Assembly (NCBI GenBank): GCA_052390235.1
Contig: JBQTHB010000007.1
Coordinates: 64,001-128,000, forward strand
Origin: Deltaproteobacteria bacterium
Lineage (GTDB): Bacteria > Desulfobacterota_D > UBA1144 > Nemesobacterales > CSP1-2
Direction: 5' to 3'
Length of the DNA stretch: 64,000 nt
Positions 1-9,718 of this stretch are shown here, in pieces. The notes beneath the pieces were generated by a model. The model saw only the letters and a list, made by a program, of their open reading frames with translations. It made no database searches and was not told where the DNA came from. The position numbers were made by a program, and so were the translations under genes. Each line of letters opens with the position of its first letter. The first letter of the stretch is position 1.

Positions 1-245
1 ATGCCGCCGTGTTCGGGATAATAGCCTTTATTGACCTGCCGCTCGTGTATGCCTCGGCGCGGCTTATGAGGGGAATATCCCCCGTGGTATTCGGCGGCAA
101 GGGGGGAGGGATAGGCCCGGAGATGATGACTGCGCTTTTGGTGAACCTGGCTGGGTTTACCCTTCTATTCATCTGGCTTTTGGTGGAAAGGGTGAAGCTC
201 GAAAATATGAAAGACGACCTCCTGCGCCTTAAGGAGGCTCTATAG
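1..245 (+). CDS. ccmC: Heme exporter / cytochrome c biogenesis protein CcmC, 3' part (truncated by window start)
   Basis: Frame is open from the window edge. AAVFGIIAFIDLPLVYASAR..P followed by a TM helix matches the CcmC C-terminus. Lies directly upstream of ccmD/E/F. Confidence 0.8.
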   Translation, partial: AAVFGIIAFIDLPLVYASARLMRGISPVVFGGKGGGIGPEMMTALLVNLAGFTLLFIWLLVERVKLENMKDDLLRLKEAL

Positions 246-253
246 GAGGGGCG

Positions 254-382
254 ATGTCTTATTTATTCTGGGCGCACGCTGTGTGCTGGGCGGGACTTTT
301 TATCTATGTCTATAGCCTCAATAGGAAGGGCGCGGACTTAGAGAAGCAGATTGAAGCCCTGCAGAGGGAATTCAAAAAATAA
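254..382 (+). CDS. ccmD: Heme exporter protein CcmD (42 aa; not in ORF track)
   Basis: Read by hand: MSYLFWAHAVCWAGLFIYVYSLNRKGADLEKQIEALQREFKK*. Hydrophobic N-half, charged C-half, SD GGAGG at 245-249, between ccmC and ccmE. Confidence 0.8.
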   Translation: MSYLFWAHAVCWAGLFIYVYSLNRKGADLEKQIEALQREFKK

Positions 383-397
383 CGGAGAGTAGCCATA

Positions 398-820
398 ATG
401 CTAAAGGGAAAAGTGAAGTTTATTATCGCCATCTCAGCAATAGCCTCTGTTCTGACCTATCTCGTCTATGGCGGCGTAAAGGACACAATGGTCTATTATC
501 TGACCGTGGAGGAACTCAGGGGGAGAGCGCCGGCGGTGTATGATGAAAATGTCAGGGTGTCTGGCAAGGTCGTTGCCGGCACCATCAAAAAAGAGCTCGA
601 CGGAATACTCTATTTTCAAATCAGCGACGGCAAAGAGCATTTAAATGTCGAGTACAAGGGCATTATCCCGGACATATTCAAAGACGACGTGGAAGCCGTT
701 GTCGAGGGCAGGCTCACGCCTGAGAACGTTTTTTACGCTAACATTTTGCTTGCCAAATGCCCGACAAAGTATGAAGCCTACGAATCCGCCGATGCCGCGA
801 GCAAAGAGGGGAACACATAG
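398..820 (+). CDS. ccmE: Heme chaperone CcmE, CxxxY variant
   Basis: N-terminal TM, YYLTV, VRVSGKV, YKGIIPDIFK, VVEG, and LLAKCPTKY in place of LAKHDENY. Confidence 0.93.
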   Translation: MLKGKVKFIIAISAIASVLTYLVYGGVKDTMVYYLTVEELRGRAPAVYDENVRVSGKVVAGTIKKELDGILYFQISDGKEHLNVEYKGIIPDIFKDDVEAVVEGRLTPENVFYANILLAKCPTKYEAYESADAASKEGNT

Positions 821-823
821 GAT

Positions 824-2833
824 ATGGTTGAAACCGGCAATATATCTATATTCCTCGCCTTTGTCATCTCGGTTTACACGCTGGTTGCCTCTGCTGTCGG
901 AGCAAAGACAAACCGCCGAGACCTCGTAAAAAGCGCCGAACACGGGGCTTACGCAATGTGGTTTCTGCTCACTATAGCGTCCATCTCCCTTGTTCACGCC
1001 CTCGTTACGCGGGATTTCAGCCTCAAATACGTCGCATCGAACACGAGCCGAGACCTCTCGACGGTTTATACGGTTACCGCTTTTTGGGCCGGTCAGGCGG
1101 GATCTCTACTCCTTTGGGCGTGGATACTTTCAATCTACACGGCGCTTGTAGTGCTACTGAATCGAGGCAAAAGCAGGCTCATGATGCCCTACGTGCTTGC
1201 GACTCTCGCCGGGGTGAGCTGTTTTTTTATATATCTTATCGCTTTTGTCGAGAGTCCTTTCGAGAAACTCCCCTTCACTCCCAACGATGGCAGAGGGCTT
1301 AATCCCCTCCTTCAAAACCCATATATGGTTATTCATCCTCTGGTGCTGTACTTCGGCTACGTGGGGGTTGCCGTGCCTTTTGCGTTTGGCATTGGGGCGC
1401 TTCTCAGTGGCAGGCTGGAGGATGAGTGGATACGCAATTCGAGAAAATGGACTCTTCTGTTCTGGACATTTCTCAGCGTAGGGCTGATATTGGGCGCGCG
1501 CTGGGCGTATCTTGAGCTTGGCTGGGGCGGGTACTGGGCATGGGATCCGGTTGAAAACGCCGCCTTTATGCCTTGGCTCGTAGGCACTGCGTTTCTCCAT
1601 TCGGTCATGATTCAGGAGAAAAAGGGGATGCTCAAGAAGTGGAATATGATACTTCTCATTCTCACGTTTTTCCTGTCTATTTTCGGCACTTTCATCACCC
1701 GAAGTGGGGTGATTTCATCAGTGCATTCATTTGCGCAGTCCGACATTGGCCCTTATTTTCTCGGCTTCATCGCCTTTATTCTCCTCTTCTCCTTCGCCGT
1801 ATTTCTCATGAGGCAGGCGGAGCTTAAGACTGAGAACCGCTATGATTCGATTCTCTCCCGCGAGAGCGCCTTTTTGTTCAATAACCTGCTGTTCTTGGGG
1901 GCGGCGTTCTCGGTATTTTTAGGGACGATTTTCCCCATCTTGACCGAGGCTATACAGGGCGAGAAAATCCTCGTGGGCCCTCCGTATTTCAACCGCGTCA
2001 ACGTTCCCATAGGGCTTATTCTGATATTTCTCATGGGCGTTGGGCCGCTGATTTCATGGAGGCGGGCGTCGGCGCAGAATTTAATTCGCAATTTCATGTA
2101 CCCTACGGTTTTCGCCGCTCTCACGGCGGTCGGGCTTTTTGCCCTCGGCATGAGGAGCGGCGTTGCGATACTCTCATTCGCGCTCTGCGGGTTTGTTACT
2201 GGCACGGTGTTCCTGGAATTCTACCGGGGGGTTAGGGTCAGAAGCGGCAGGGGGGAGAATTTGCTCATTGCCTTCTCGCGCCTCGTGATGAGAAACCGCC
2301 GCCGCTACGGTGGGTACGTCGTCCACTTGGGAGTCGTCCTTATAGTCATTGGCATAACCGGCTCGTCGGTGTTTGTTAAGCAGAAAGAAGCCACTCTTGC
2401 GCCGGGCCAGAGTGTTACTCTCGCGGACTACACGTTCCGCTTCGATGGGCTAACCCAATATACGACGGACGCAAAGAACGCCACAGTCGCGCGGTTATCC
2501 GTGTTTAGCGCTGAGGGCAGGCCTTTGGGCGAGATGAAGCCTGAGAAAAACATATACAAGTATGAGGGAAACCGCGAAATCAATCAGGAAACCGAGGTCG
2601 CCCTTCGCTCCACAATGAGAGACGACCTCTATGTGATTCTCGCGGATTTTGATGAGAGCGGCAGAGCGGCTTTTAGATTGGCTATTAATCCCATGGTGAG
2701 CTGGATATGGTACGGAGGGGTGTTGCTCCTCATAGGCGCCGTAATTGCCATGGCTCCGTCAAGGGCGCAAGAGGCGAGCCTCAGGTACAGCAGCGCCACA
2801 GTTGAATCGAAGGATACAGCCGCAGAGATTTAA
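824..2833 (+). CDS. ccmF: Heme lyase CcmF
   Basis: GLNPLLQNPYMVIHP, WAYLELGWGGYWAWDPVENAAF (WWD domain), SVHSF; multi-TM, 669 aa. Confidence 0.96.
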   Translation: MVETGNISIFLAFVISVYTLVASAVGAKTNRRDLVKSAEHGAYAMWFLLTIASISLVHALVTRDFSLKYVASNTSRDLSTVYTVTAFWAGQAGSLLLWAWILSIYTALVVLLNRGKSRLMMPYVLATLAGVSCFFIYLIAFVESPFEKLPFTPNDGRGLNPLLQNPYMVIHPLVLYFGYVGVAVPFAFGIGALLSGRLEDEWIRNSRKWTLLFWTFLSVGLILGARWAYLELGWGGYWAWDPVENAAFMPWLVGTAFLHSVMIQEKKGMLKKWNMILLILTFFLSIFGTFITRSGVISSVHSFAQSDIGPYFLGFIAFILLFSFAVFLMRQAELKTENRYDSILSRESAFLFNNLLFLGAAFSVFLGTIFPILTEAIQGEKILVGPPYFNRVNVPIGLILIFLMGVGPLISWRRASAQNLIRNFMYPTVFAALTAVGLFALGMRSGVAILSFALCGFVTGTVFLEFYRGVRVRSGRGENLLIAFSRLVMRNRRRYGGYVVHLGVVLIVIGITGSSVFVKQKEATLAPGQSVTLADYTFRFDGLTQYTTDAKNATVARLSVFSAEGRPLGEMKPEKNIYKYEGNREINQETEVALRSTMRDDLYVILADFDESGRAAFRLAINPMVSWIWYGGVLLLIGAVIAMAPSRAQEASLRYSSATVESKDTAAEI

Positions 2834-2872
2834 AAAATTTCCCCGCATTCCGAAAATCCCCCTAGGAGAGCT

Positions 2873-3421
2873 TTGGAGAAGCTATTTATTATAATAATTA
2901 CGCTTGGAGTCGCGGTTTTTATCTCGCTTCCGTTTATAGCGCGCAAATCCCGTCAGGGCGCAGATTCCGATGAGCATGGCGATGAGCCGCTCAATCCGGT
3001 ATTGGAAAAGCTGGCACATCTCCGTTTGGAGCGCGACTCGCTTCTCGCCGCAATAAAGGAAATAGAATTCGACTACAGCCTTGGCAAGCTCTCCGTGGAC
3101 GACTTTGACGAGCTCCTTGAGCAGTACAGGGTTCAAGCCGCTCTTGCCTCGAAGGAAATTGACGATGTAGAGCGAGGCGTGGGGCTGTCCACCACTGCTT
3201 TGGACTCAGAAATTGAGCGCGAGGTCGCATCCTCTAGGATAGCCACTAAGCCCCGCGCTAAAGATGACGCCGATGAAATCGAGGGGCAGATTCTCCTGGC
3301 GAGAGAGAGTAGGGTGGTTGCTGCCTGCCCCGAATGCGCAAGCGTGTATAAGCCGGAGGACAGGTTTTGTTCAAAATGCGGAGCAAAGGTAAATGAAAGA
3401 GCGTTGTCGCAATCGAGATAG
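2873..3421 (+). CDS. Membrane-anchored Ccm accessory protein with CcmI-like helical motif and C-terminal zinc ribbon
   Basis: N-terminal TM; IKEIEFDYSLGKLSVDDF motif; CPEC...FCSKCG; SD AGGAG before TTG start. Confidence 0.65.
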   Translation: MEKLFIIIITLGVAVFISLPFIARKSRQGADSDEHGDEPLNPVLEKLAHLRLERDSLLAAIKEIEFDYSLGKLSVDDFDELLEQYRVQAALASKEIDDVERGVGLSTTALDSEIEREVASSRIATKPRAKDDADEIEGQILLARESRVVAACPECASVYKPEDRFCSKCGAKVNERALSQSR

Positions 3422-4904
3422 AGCGCCGTTGCTAGGGCTAATTATCTGCATTCTTATGGTACTCGCCGCCGCGCCGGATGTGTATGCCCAAATTTCCCCG
3501 CCCGAGGAAGGCACCGAGGGGAGAGAGCTTTTCACCCAGAACCGGTGCGCAAACTGCCATACCGTCGGCAGAGGTCGGTTCGTGGGGCCGGATTTGGCTA
3601 ACATTAAGGATAGATACACGAAAGAGGAAATAGCGCAGTGGATGCAAAACTCTCAGAGCATCTATCAGTCTAGGGGGAAGATGCCGGTTAACGAAGGTTA
3701 TCCTCCAATGCCGCCTATGAACGTTGCGCCGGACACTGCCCGCCTCATTGCCGATTATCTCGCCTCTCTCCGCCCGGAATCCCTTCCCAAAGCCTCTGCC
3801 GGAAGAATAGGGGGGAAAATTACCCCGGCATCGGGCGACCCCAAATCTGCGGCTGGAATAAAACTCCGCCTTACGGCTTATCTCGGCGACAACCCCACGG
3901 ATGAGAGGGATGCGACCGTGGGCGAGGACGGGTTATTTGAATTCGCAGGACTCCCCTGGGACAGAGCCTACACGGTAACCCTGAATTATAAGGGGACTGA
4001 ATATGCGACGGACAAAATGGTTTTCTACCCCGAAGAGGACGCAAAAACCCTCGATTTGCCAATCTATGAAACCACTCAGAGCGATGAGAATATAATTATT
4101 AACGCGGCGCACGTGATAGTTCAAGTATCCGAGAGCGAAATCACCGTAGCCGAGATAATGATTATCAATAACTCAGGGGCGGAGGTTTTTATCGGGGAAG
4201 AGGTTTCATCCGCCACTGAAGGCAATGAAAACCAGAGGCGTTCGCTTAGGTTTAATCTCCCCAAAGGGGCTGATAATCTGGAGCTTTTAGAAGGGATAAC
4301 CCCTGAAACTCTGGTAAAGGACATAGGCGGGTTCTCGGATTCATCTGCGTTTAGCCCGGGCGTAAGGAGGGTTGTTTACGCCTATAAACTCCCCTATAAA
4401 GCAGGGAAAAATGTAATAGAGACGAGCATAAATTATGCGGCGAACGGGTTTGTCCTGCTTGTCTCCGACACAGGAGCAGAGGTGTCAGTCAATGGGCTGG
4501 AGGGCGGTGAGGCGGTGAATTTCGACAATAGCCAGTTCTTTCGCTGGAGCGGCAAAAACCTGATCCGCGGGGCTAGCGTGAGGGTGGAAATTGGGAAATC
4601 CTACGCAGGGGGGGACTGGTTTAAGTGGTACGTGTTTGGGGCTTTGGCTATATTAATTGGCGGCGCGGCGTTGTATTCAATAATTAGTCGCCGGAAGAAT
4701 CCCACTCAATCCGAGCAGAAAGGGGAGAGTGTGGATGAGAGAGGCAGTGAGAGGGAGTGGGCTAAGCGGATTAACCAAATTGCAGAGCTTGACGATGATT
4801 TTGAGGCTGGCAGGATTGCTGAGGCGGATTATAAGAGGCTACGCGTGGAGTACAAAGACAGGCTGATTGAGATTAGCCAGAGTCGAAAGAGGAATACTAG
4901 CTAA
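3393..4904 (+). CDS. Exported monoheme cytochrome c fused to beta-rich domains, C-terminal TM and CcmI-like tail
   Basis: Signal peptide; GRELF..CANCH...GPDL...MPPM; TM near aa 410-432; IAELDDDFEAGRIAEADY tail. Confidence 0.7.
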   Translation: MKERCRNRDRAPLLGLIICILMVLAAAPDVYAQISPPEEGTEGRELFTQNRCANCHTVGRGRFVGPDLANIKDRYTKEEIAQWMQNSQSIYQSRGKMPVNEGYPPMPPMNVAPDTARLIADYLASLRPESLPKASAGRIGGKITPASGDPKSAAGIKLRLTAYLGDNPTDERDATVGEDGLFEFAGLPWDRAYTVTLNYKGTEYATDKMVFYPEEDAKTLDLPIYETTQSDENIIINAAHVIVQVSESEITVAEIMIINNSGAEVFIGEEVSSATEGNENQRRSLRFNLPKGADNLELLEGITPETLVKDIGGFSDSSAFSPGVRRVVYAYKLPYKAGKNVIETSINYAANGFVLLVSDTGAEVSVNGLEGGEAVNFDNSQFFRWSGKNLIRGASVRVEIGKSYAGGDWFKWYVFGALAILIGGAALYSIISRRKNPTQSEQKGESVDERGSEREWAKRINQIAELDDDFEAGRIAEADYKRLRVEYKDRLIEISQSRKRNTS

Positions 4905-5626
4905 ATATCCCCGTAGAGAAATTGAAAAATAGAAATGGCGGCAATTCCCGCTGTTTCGGTTCTTAGTATTCTTGGTCCCAAGCCCAGTGGAATAAAGTTA
5001 AACTGTTTAGCCGATAGTATCTCATTATCGCTGAAGCCGCCTTCTGGTCCAATAAATAGGATAATATCTGTGGGCAGTTGGCTACTAGTATTAATATAAG
5101 ATTTCATATTATCTAAACAATTTTCATAAAATATAATCTTTAATCTATTGCCATCATTATAAGATTTAATAGCGGTATTGAAATCCACCACTTCTCCTAT
5201 AGCCGGAGGGGTCGATCTCCTGCACTGCTTTGCTGACTCTACTGCTATTTTTCGCCACCTCGGCGCTTTATCCGTGCGTCTTATTATTGACCTGCTAGTA
5301 ATTACAGGAATAATCTCCTTAACGCCGAGTTCCGTTGACTTCTCTACTATGAAATCCATTTTGTCAGCCTTGGGCAAGCCTTGCAGCAGCGAGATGTTTA
5401 ATCTCGATTCGGTTTCGACTTTCTTTTCAAGCAATATTGATACTGTTAAATCGCGGCTGGTGATTCTCTCTATTGCGCCTGTGTACTCGATGCCGCTCTC
5501 ATCAAATAGCGTCAATCTATCGCCGTGATTTAGCCTCAGAACCCTAACTATGTGCTTATGGTCTGAACCCGCAATTGTTGCGATACTGTTGGCAATCTGG
5601 GTCTGTTTTATGGGGAATCTGGGCAT
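4901..5626 (-). CDS. rsmE: 16S rRNA m3U1498 methyltransferase RsmE
   Basis: HIVRVLRL, EKSTELGV, AKQCRR, IGPEGGFS, LGPRILRTETA. Confidence 0.95.
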   Translation of the reverse strand: MPRFPIKQTQIANSIATIAGSDHKHIVRVLRLNHGDRLTLFDESGIEYTGAIERITSRDLTVSILLEKKVETESRLNISLLQGLPKADKMDFIVEKSTELGVKEIIPVITSRSIIRRTDKAPRWRKIAVESAKQCRRSTPPAIGEVVDFNTAIKSYNDGNRLKIIFYENCLDNMKSYINTSSQLPTDIILFIGPEGGFSDNEILSAKQFNFIPLGLGPRILRTETAGIAAISIFQFLYGDI

Positions 5627-6011
5627 TGTGCTAATAAAATTATCTATTTGTTGGTGCCAGCTTTAGTTTCACATGGAACTAAATATTATTAGAATTCTAA
5701 GGAAATGGCATAAGCACCTCAAACTACTATTAATTTATGATTAATATCTGTGATATTTGGATAAACATTAAAGTAGCCTGTAAAATAATAATAAACCCCG
5801 TAACTGGGAGTGTATATAGCTAGTAAACAACGTAAGCTAAAGTAAAATGTTAGATAACCTAAATTTTAGTTAACAAACTGTTAATATCTACATAAAAACT
5901 CGATACTTACTTTAAGAACTGTGGAAAATTGCGCTTATTACTCGCTTGCAGTGTTAGATATAGCATTAAGTAATATTTATAACCTATAGCTAATTATAAT
6001 ATATATAGAAA
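5627..6011. other. Very AT-rich intergenic island
   Basis: Visibly A/T-dominated compared with the rest of the window; no ORF in track. Confidence 0.7.
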
Positions 6012-7541
6012 TTATCTCTGAGTCTCTCTAAAATATTCCACTAGCTCATTGCATAGCTCTTGTACTGTGTATTTTTTACAAATTATCTGAGGCTCCATTC
6101 CAATTTCTCTGATTGCCTCGGCTGTTATGGGACCTATACACGCAATAGCCGTTTTAGAGAGCGCGCGCCCCTCGCTACCGATTTCGGATATAAAATTCCT
6201 CGCGCTAGAGGAGCTTGCAAAAGTAACCGCGTCAATTTCCCCGCTTATGAGAAGCTCTCTAATTTTATTAACTTTATCCCCTGACGGTTTCATGGTTTCG
6301 TATGCCGCCACAACATGAACTTCTGCTCCCATCCGCGCTAGCTCCACCGGGAGTACCTCTCTTGCCTCCTTTGCCCTCGGAATGAGAATTCGTTTTCCCG
6401 CTATTCCAATTGCGCAGAAGCCGCTTATCAGTCCCTCTGCCCTGAAGTCGCTCGGCGCTATGTCAACCAAAAGCCCTATAGCGCTCACAGATTTAGCAGT
6501 TTGCTCTCCAATAGCGGCTATTTTTACCCCTTTTAACTCTCGAAAATCCACTCCATTCTCTCGGAGGCGGCTGAAAAAGCCCTCAACCCCATTGACGCTC
6601 GTAAACACTATCCAATCATATCGGCTCAGATTAGCCGCCGCCCCATCGAACTCCTCCCAGCTTTGGGGAGGTTTAATTTCTATTGTGGGAAACTCGATTA
6701 CGTCCGCTCCCTGCTCTTGCAAGAGCTTTGTAAACCCTCCTGCCTGTTTTCTCGCCCTAGTAACGAGGATTTTTTTCCCGAAAAGCGGCTTTCGCTCGAA
6801 CCAATTGATTTGCTCTCTCAGATTCACGACTTCGCCCACTATGACCACCGCCGGCGGGGAGATCCTCTCCACTGCCATAATTTCGCCGATTTGACCGATG
6901 GCACTTCGGAGGGTTTTTTGCTTTGGATACGTTCCCCATGAGATTATCGCCACTGGAGTGTCGGCCGGTTTGCCGAATTCGATTAGCTTCTCCATATTGT
7001 GCTTTAAGTTCAGGATGCTCATTAGGAATACCACTGTGCCGGTTTTGGCGAGCGCCTCCCAGGGGAGGGTTGATTCCTGTTTCTCCGGGTCTTCGTGTCC
7101 TGTGGCGACGATAAAGGACGATGTGAAATTCCGGTGTGTAAGCGGGATTCCGGCATACGCAGGCACGGCAAGCGCCGAGCTTATCCCCGGCACTATCTCG
7201 AAACTTATGCCAGCCCTTGCCAGAGCTTCGGCTTCCTCGCCGCCTCTGCCGAATATGAACGGGTCTCCACCCTTTAGGCGGGCGACTGTGTAGCCCTCGG
7301 ATGCCTTTTCCACTAGGATTTGATTGATTTGCTCCTGCGGGATTTCGCGGCTTTTTCTCTCTTTGCCGACGTAAATCCTCTCGGCGCTGGGTTTGGCGTA
7401 ATCGAGAATCAAGGGGTTTACTAGGTAGTCATAGACGACAACCTCGGCTCTCTGTAAATATTCCTTTCCCTTCACGGTCAGAAGCCCCGGGTCTCCGGGA
7501 CCCGCGCCTATGAGATATACCGGCCCTTTTCCAGCGTTCAT
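6012..7541 (-). CDS. cobA: Uroporphyrinogen-III C-methyltransferase / uroporphyrinogen-III synthase fusion (CobA-HemD)
   Basis: LIGAGPGDPGLLT, RLKGGDPFIFGRGGEE, then KILVTRA, FTSVNGV, FASSSS, IGPIT (HemD). Confidence 0.93.
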   Translation of the reverse strand: MNAGKGPVYLIGAGPGDPGLLTVKGKEYLQRAEVVVYDYLVNPLILDYAKPSAERIYVGKERKSREIPQEQINQILVEKASEGYTVARLKGGDPFIFGRGGEEAEALARAGISFEIVPGISSALAVPAYAGIPLTHRNFTSSFIVATGHEDPEKQESTLPWEALAKTGTVVFLMSILNLKHNMEKLIEFGKPADTPVAIISWGTYPKQKTLRSAIGQIGEIMAVERISPPAVVIVGEVVNLREQINWFERKPLFGKKILVTRARKQAGGFTKLLQEQGADVIEFPTIEIKPPQSWEEFDGAAANLSRYDWIVFTSVNGVEGFFSRLRENGVDFRELKGVKIAAIGEQTAKSVSAIGLLVDIAPSDFRAEGLISGFCAIGIAGKRILIPRAKEAREVLPVELARMGAEVHVVAAYETMKPSGDKVNKIRELLISGEIDAVTFASSSSARNFISEIGSEGRALSKTAIACIGPITAEAIREIGMEPQIICKKYTVQELCNELVEYFRETQR

Positions 7542-7585
7542 TGCTGGGTAAATAGAAAACCGAACGCCGCTTGATTGTCAAGATT

Positions 7586-7837
7586 CTATAAACACGGCAC
7601 GTTCGGAGGAGTTCCCTGCCCGCTCAGGGCGGCGCATCTTGCAAGGTCGGCACAGCTAATTCTAAGATGCCCCAGCGACGGGTCGAGGTGTTGCAGCGTC
7701 TCGACTCCAACGGGGATTTTTGCGCAGACGCTGGGCTGAAATTCTCCCGCGCCTGCCCTATGACCTGCTACGTAGCTCGCTCCGGCGGCGCATCCTGAAA
7801 TTAAAATTAGAGTGGCAACTGCGGCTAGTCTTTTCAT
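7586..7837 (-). CDS. Small Cys-rich lipoprotein (83 aa; start moved from 7912)
   Basis: MKRLAAVATLILISGC lipobox; SD AAGGAG upstream of ATG 7837; four further Cys. Confidence 0.5.
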   Translation of the reverse strand: MKRLAAVATLILISGCAAGASYVAGHRAGAGEFQPSVCAKIPVGVETLQHLDPSLGHLRISCADLARCAALSGQGTPPNVPCL

Positions 7838-8075
7838 GAGTGTCTCCTTATTCGCTAAAAAGTAGATAATCTGCCGCACAGATATTTGCCCATGAGAGCG
7901 CGCGTGTGGCAATTATCTCACCTAGGGCGCGCCGCCTGCGGCAATCGGGGCTATGGAGCTATATTATAGCAAGATAAATTTCCGCAGAGCGCGGCTTTAT
8001 TAGCGCGATTCCAAAACACTCGCTAGATATTCTAGGTGGAATAGCTTTTTGAAGGTGAATTATGTGGTGTGGGGT

Positions 8076-9548
8076 TTACCTTGCCCCGATGGTGAGCAGG
8101 AAAGAGCCTGTGGCTTCCTGAGCGAGTTGCCAAGTGGATAGAGGGATGACTCCAAGCATGACGACGCACACGGCGAGAACCGCAATAGCCAGAGCCGAGG
8201 AGAGCTGAAACGATGGGGACTGATACCCGGCCCTCTCCTCTTTCATGTAGGCATACACCAGAACCCTCAAATAGTAATAAGCTGACACCACGCTATTGAG
8301 AATTCCAATCACCGCGAGCCAGTAGAATTCCGCCTTCACAGCGCCTAAGAAAACCCTGTATTTGGCAAAAAACCCTATTGCCGGAGGAATCCCCGCGAGT
8401 GAAAACATAAAAATCCCAAGCGCCACAGCCAAAAGCGGCTTCCTGCGCCACAGCCCCGCTATGTCCTCGTAGCTCTCGCATTCCTTCCCCTGCCTTGAGA
8501 GATATGCCAGTACGCCGAACGCCCCGAGATTCATAAAAGTATAGGCGAATAGGTAGTACATCGCCCCGCTCAAGCCCAGCTCCCCGCCCCTGTAGCCAGC
8601 CACTACCCCTACGAGAATATACCCGGCATGAGCGATGCTTGAATATGCGAGCATCCGCTTTATGCTTGACTGCGTTATCGCTGCCAAGTTTCCGACCGTC
8701 ATTGTGAATACCGATATAACCCACAGGGCTTGAATCCACGCCGCCTCGATTGTGCCGAACCCCTCGAAAAACACCCTCAGCAACACCGCAAACGCCGCCG
8801 CCTTAATCCCCGTTGACATAAACCCCGTAACAGTCATCGGCGCGCCTTCATAAATGTCCGGCACCCACTGATGAAGCGGGAACGCCCCGATTTTAAATAT
8901 GAACCCGACGAGCATCAGAGCCGCACCGGCAAGGTAAAGCGGGTTTGCGGCGTCGAAGCTCACTGCAATTTCACTCAGATAAATCGAACCCGAAGCCCCA
9001 TAAATAAGCGCCATCCCGTACAGGAGCATCGCCGACGAAAAACCGCCAAGAACGAGGTACTTCACCGCCGCCTCGGTTGAATTCGGGGATTTCCTATTAA
9101 ATCCCGAAAGCACATAGACCGCGATGGACATTATCTCAAACCCTAGGAACAGCGTCATAAACTCGCTCGCCGAGCCGAGTATCATCATGCCGCAGGTTGA
9201 AAACAGTATCAGCGCGTAGTATTCGCCGGGCTTCAGTCCCGTGTTTTCAATGTAATTCTTAGAGAGCGCCGAGGCAAAAAACGCTCCGGTCAGGAAGATC
9301 AGATTGAAATACGCCGAGAATGCGTCGAGTGAGACCGCCCCGCCGAACGCCTCCTGCCCTAGGGAGCCAAATCTGCCGAGATTGAGCGCGAAACTAGTGC
9401 CGATTCCCCAGACGGCTAGCCAGAAGAGATTGGCTTTGCCCCGCCCTTGGAGGAATGGGTCGAGTGTCATGAGCAGGATTCCCGCCACAACGAGGGTGAT
9501 TTCCGGGGCTATTGACAGGGTACTGGCAAGGACTTGGGCTAGATCCAT
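8076..9548 (-). CDS. nuoN: NADH-quinone oxidoreductase subunit N
   Basis: GEYYALILF, FEIMSIAVYVL, EAAVKYLVLG, FKIGAFPLHQWVPDIYEGAP, KRMLAYSSIAHAGY, SLAGIPP, YYYLR. Confidence 0.94.
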   Translation of the reverse strand: MDLAQVLASTLSIAPEITLVVAGILLMTLDPFLQGRGKANLFWLAVWGIGTSFALNLGRFGSLGQEAFGGAVSLDAFSAYFNLIFLTGAFFASALSKNYIENTGLKPGEYYALILFSTCGMMILGSASEFMTLFLGFEIMSIAVYVLSGFNRKSPNSTEAAVKYLVLGGFSSAMLLYGMALIYGASGSIYLSEIAVSFDAANPLYLAGAALMLVGFIFKIGAFPLHQWVPDIYEGAPMTVTGFMSTGIKAAAFAVLLRVFFEGFGTIEAAWIQALWVISVFTMTVGNLAAITQSSIKRMLAYSSIAHAGYILVGVVAGYRGGELGLSGAMYYLFAYTFMNLGAFGVLAYLSRQGKECESYEDIAGLWRRKPLLAVALGIFMFSLAGIPPAIGFFAKYRVFLGAVKAEFYWLAVIGILNSVVSAYYYLRVLVYAYMKEERAGYQSPSFQLSSALAIAVLAVCVVMLGVIPLSTWQLAQEATGSFLLTIGAR

Positions 9549-9618
9549 GGCTTATTAATCCTCGAATCCGAGTGATGAACGGATGACGGTTGCAGTAGCG
9601 GGGGAATTTTTGAAATCT

Positions 9619-9647
9619 AGTATGTGCGAGGGGAGGGGGATTGTCAA
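9619..9647 (-). promoter_or_regulatory. Sigma70-type promoter for nuoN
   Basis: Minus strand TTGACA-17 bp-CATACT. Confidence 0.6.
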
Positions 9648-9718
9648 GTTGACGGATTCTCCCGTCCCCTCGGCTAATGGGGGGTGATACTTATGACTAA
9701 TTCTGCGCGCTGCGGCCC

